In this document: in pieces, positions 34,246 to 35,774 of the stretch
How positions within the stretch are numbered: the stretch's first letter is position 1
Layout: each line of letters starts with the position of its first letter
Assembly: GCF_001194135.2 (NCBI RefSeq)
Contig: NC_068997.1
Span: 9,232,206 to 9,267,979 of the forward strand
DNA from: Octopus bimaculoides
Taxonomy: Eukaryota
DNA: 35,774 nt
Direction of reading: 5' to 3'
Position numbers and translations under genes: made by a program
The notes under the pieces: generated by a model
What the model saw: the letters and a program-made list of their open reading frames with translations, nothing else
What the model was told of the DNA's origin: nothing
Databases searched by the model: none

Positions 34246-35149
34246 TAAGACAGCCATTTTGATTTAGGCTACAGTTACCCACTGGCAGATAAGTCATGTT
34301 TTCTTATTTTAATTTTAATTTTATAAACAATATTGACATCCGTCTTTTAGTAACTTTATACACTAACACATTTTTTTACTATTATCTACTTATTCCATAA
34401 TGTTTTAACCTTGTTTATTATAATACTCTTTTTCAATATTTTTAGATTGTAACTCTTAATAATTATATTAATACCATTAATGTAGGGATTAGTTTACAGA
34501 TTTTGTCTCTTTATATATATATATTTATCTCTCATGTTTATGTTTATTCCTTGAATGATTTTGAGTATTTTCTAAGGGATTTGACCTGAAGAGTGACTGA
34601 TTTTGGGAGTAAAATCATTTCCCCGTTCTAATGAACTCGGATAGAATTTGCTTATGATTATACAATGTGTGATTGGAGTGGTACTTCATCAGACTAGCAT
34701 CAAGACATGCATTCTTACTTGTATTACGTGTTGCTCCTCATAAGACTCACACACTGCTTTTACCAGTGATGTACCTGGAGTTTGTGCAGCACTGGACTTT
34801 CAATTTTCCCCATGGTTCCAATTTGAGAGTGTGGAGGGCCAGGAGTTTGAGTTGAGTGTTGCATTGACAAAAAACTGATTTTCTATCCAATCAGAACCTA
34901 TATTATATATTTACATACACACACACACACATACAATTCTATAAAGATATACATAAATAGGTAAGCAGGCACATAATGTTTGTTGTAGTCCTCATATTTT
35001 TCTTCCTAAATTTAATCTTTTTTTGGAGAAAACAGTGAAAATAAGTTAGAAGTGTAAATTTTCAGCTAGCTACAATAATTTCATTCTGCTTTTTGTGTTG
35101 AGTAAAATTTTCTCAAGTTTGAATGCACTAATACATATTCATATTCCAC

Positions 35150-35189
<40 letters not shown>

Positions 35190-35193
<4 letters not shown>

Positions 35194-35482
35194 GTTTCAA
35201 ATTTTGCCACAAGGGCAGCCATTTTGGGGGAGGGGGTAAGTCAATTACTTCGACCCCAGTGTTTCACTGGTACTTAATTTATCAACCTTGAAAGGATAAA
35301 AGGCAAAGTGGACCTTGGCGGAATTTGAACTTAGAATGTAGAGACAGGCAAAATACCGAATAATAATAATAATAATAATAATGATAATCACCATGAAGGA
35401 AAATCTGAACAGAATGTCTAGTAGAGCTGTTACAAAAGGTTTGCCACTAAGCATTTCGCCCAGTGCACTAACGATTCTGCCA
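35190..35482 (-). mobile_element. Family A SINE interrupted by an ~85-bp (AAT)n-containing insertion (~35359-35443)
   Basis: The SINE sequence AAATACC breaks and resumes at CACTAAGCATTTCGCCCAGTGCACTAACGATTCTGCCAG. Confidence 0.8.
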
Positions 35483-35740
35483 GATAACAATAACAACATG
35501 TAGAGGAACTGGGTATTCAACATTTCTTTGTTCCAAGTTTCTTAACTGATGAGTGAGGCCTATAAAAGTTAAAATTATAATACACTTGTAATGATAAAAA
35601 TCTGTTAGTAGTAACAGACATAAATACTATCAAACGGAAAGTACTTAGCACACAATGTATGTAGAGTGTAAGTTCTTTTTTTAACTGATGTTAATGTTAC
35701 TAAATGAAGATCATGATATATGTATATATACATACAGATT

Positions 35741-35774
<34 letters not shown>

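Noticed and set aside
34583-34700. CTGAAGA (plus) and CTGATGA (minus) hammerhead cores
   Set aside because: Neither is followed by a stem II-GAAA arrangement.

Overview
This is AT-rich eukaryotic DNA from a draft scaffold, with nine N-gaps (several at (TA)n runs) and dense microsatellites. The repeat families look like the tRNA-derived SINEs of octopus/coleoid cephalopods; that assignment is pattern recognition, not a database result. No complete protein-coding gene is recognisable, and nearly all listed ORFs are microsatellite translations, so the window reads as intronic or intergenic. It contains about 20 SINE copies from at least four families, TTAA-flanked piggyBac-type MITEs, a decayed Tc1/mariner (probably DD41D) 3' half with its TIR, a probable MULE relic, LINE fragments and a Penelope-like RT relic. 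It also holds four long foldback hairpins. The most interesting locus is 19160-20090: a tRNA-headed (Pol III box A/B) SINE-like element carrying a minimal type I hammerhead ribozyme motif. An inverted copy of the hammerhead segment is fused to its 5' end, directly beside the Penelope-like RT remnant. Hammerhead-like cores in unrelated sequence contexts occur at about 9.2, 11.4, 24.2 and 29.7 kb.
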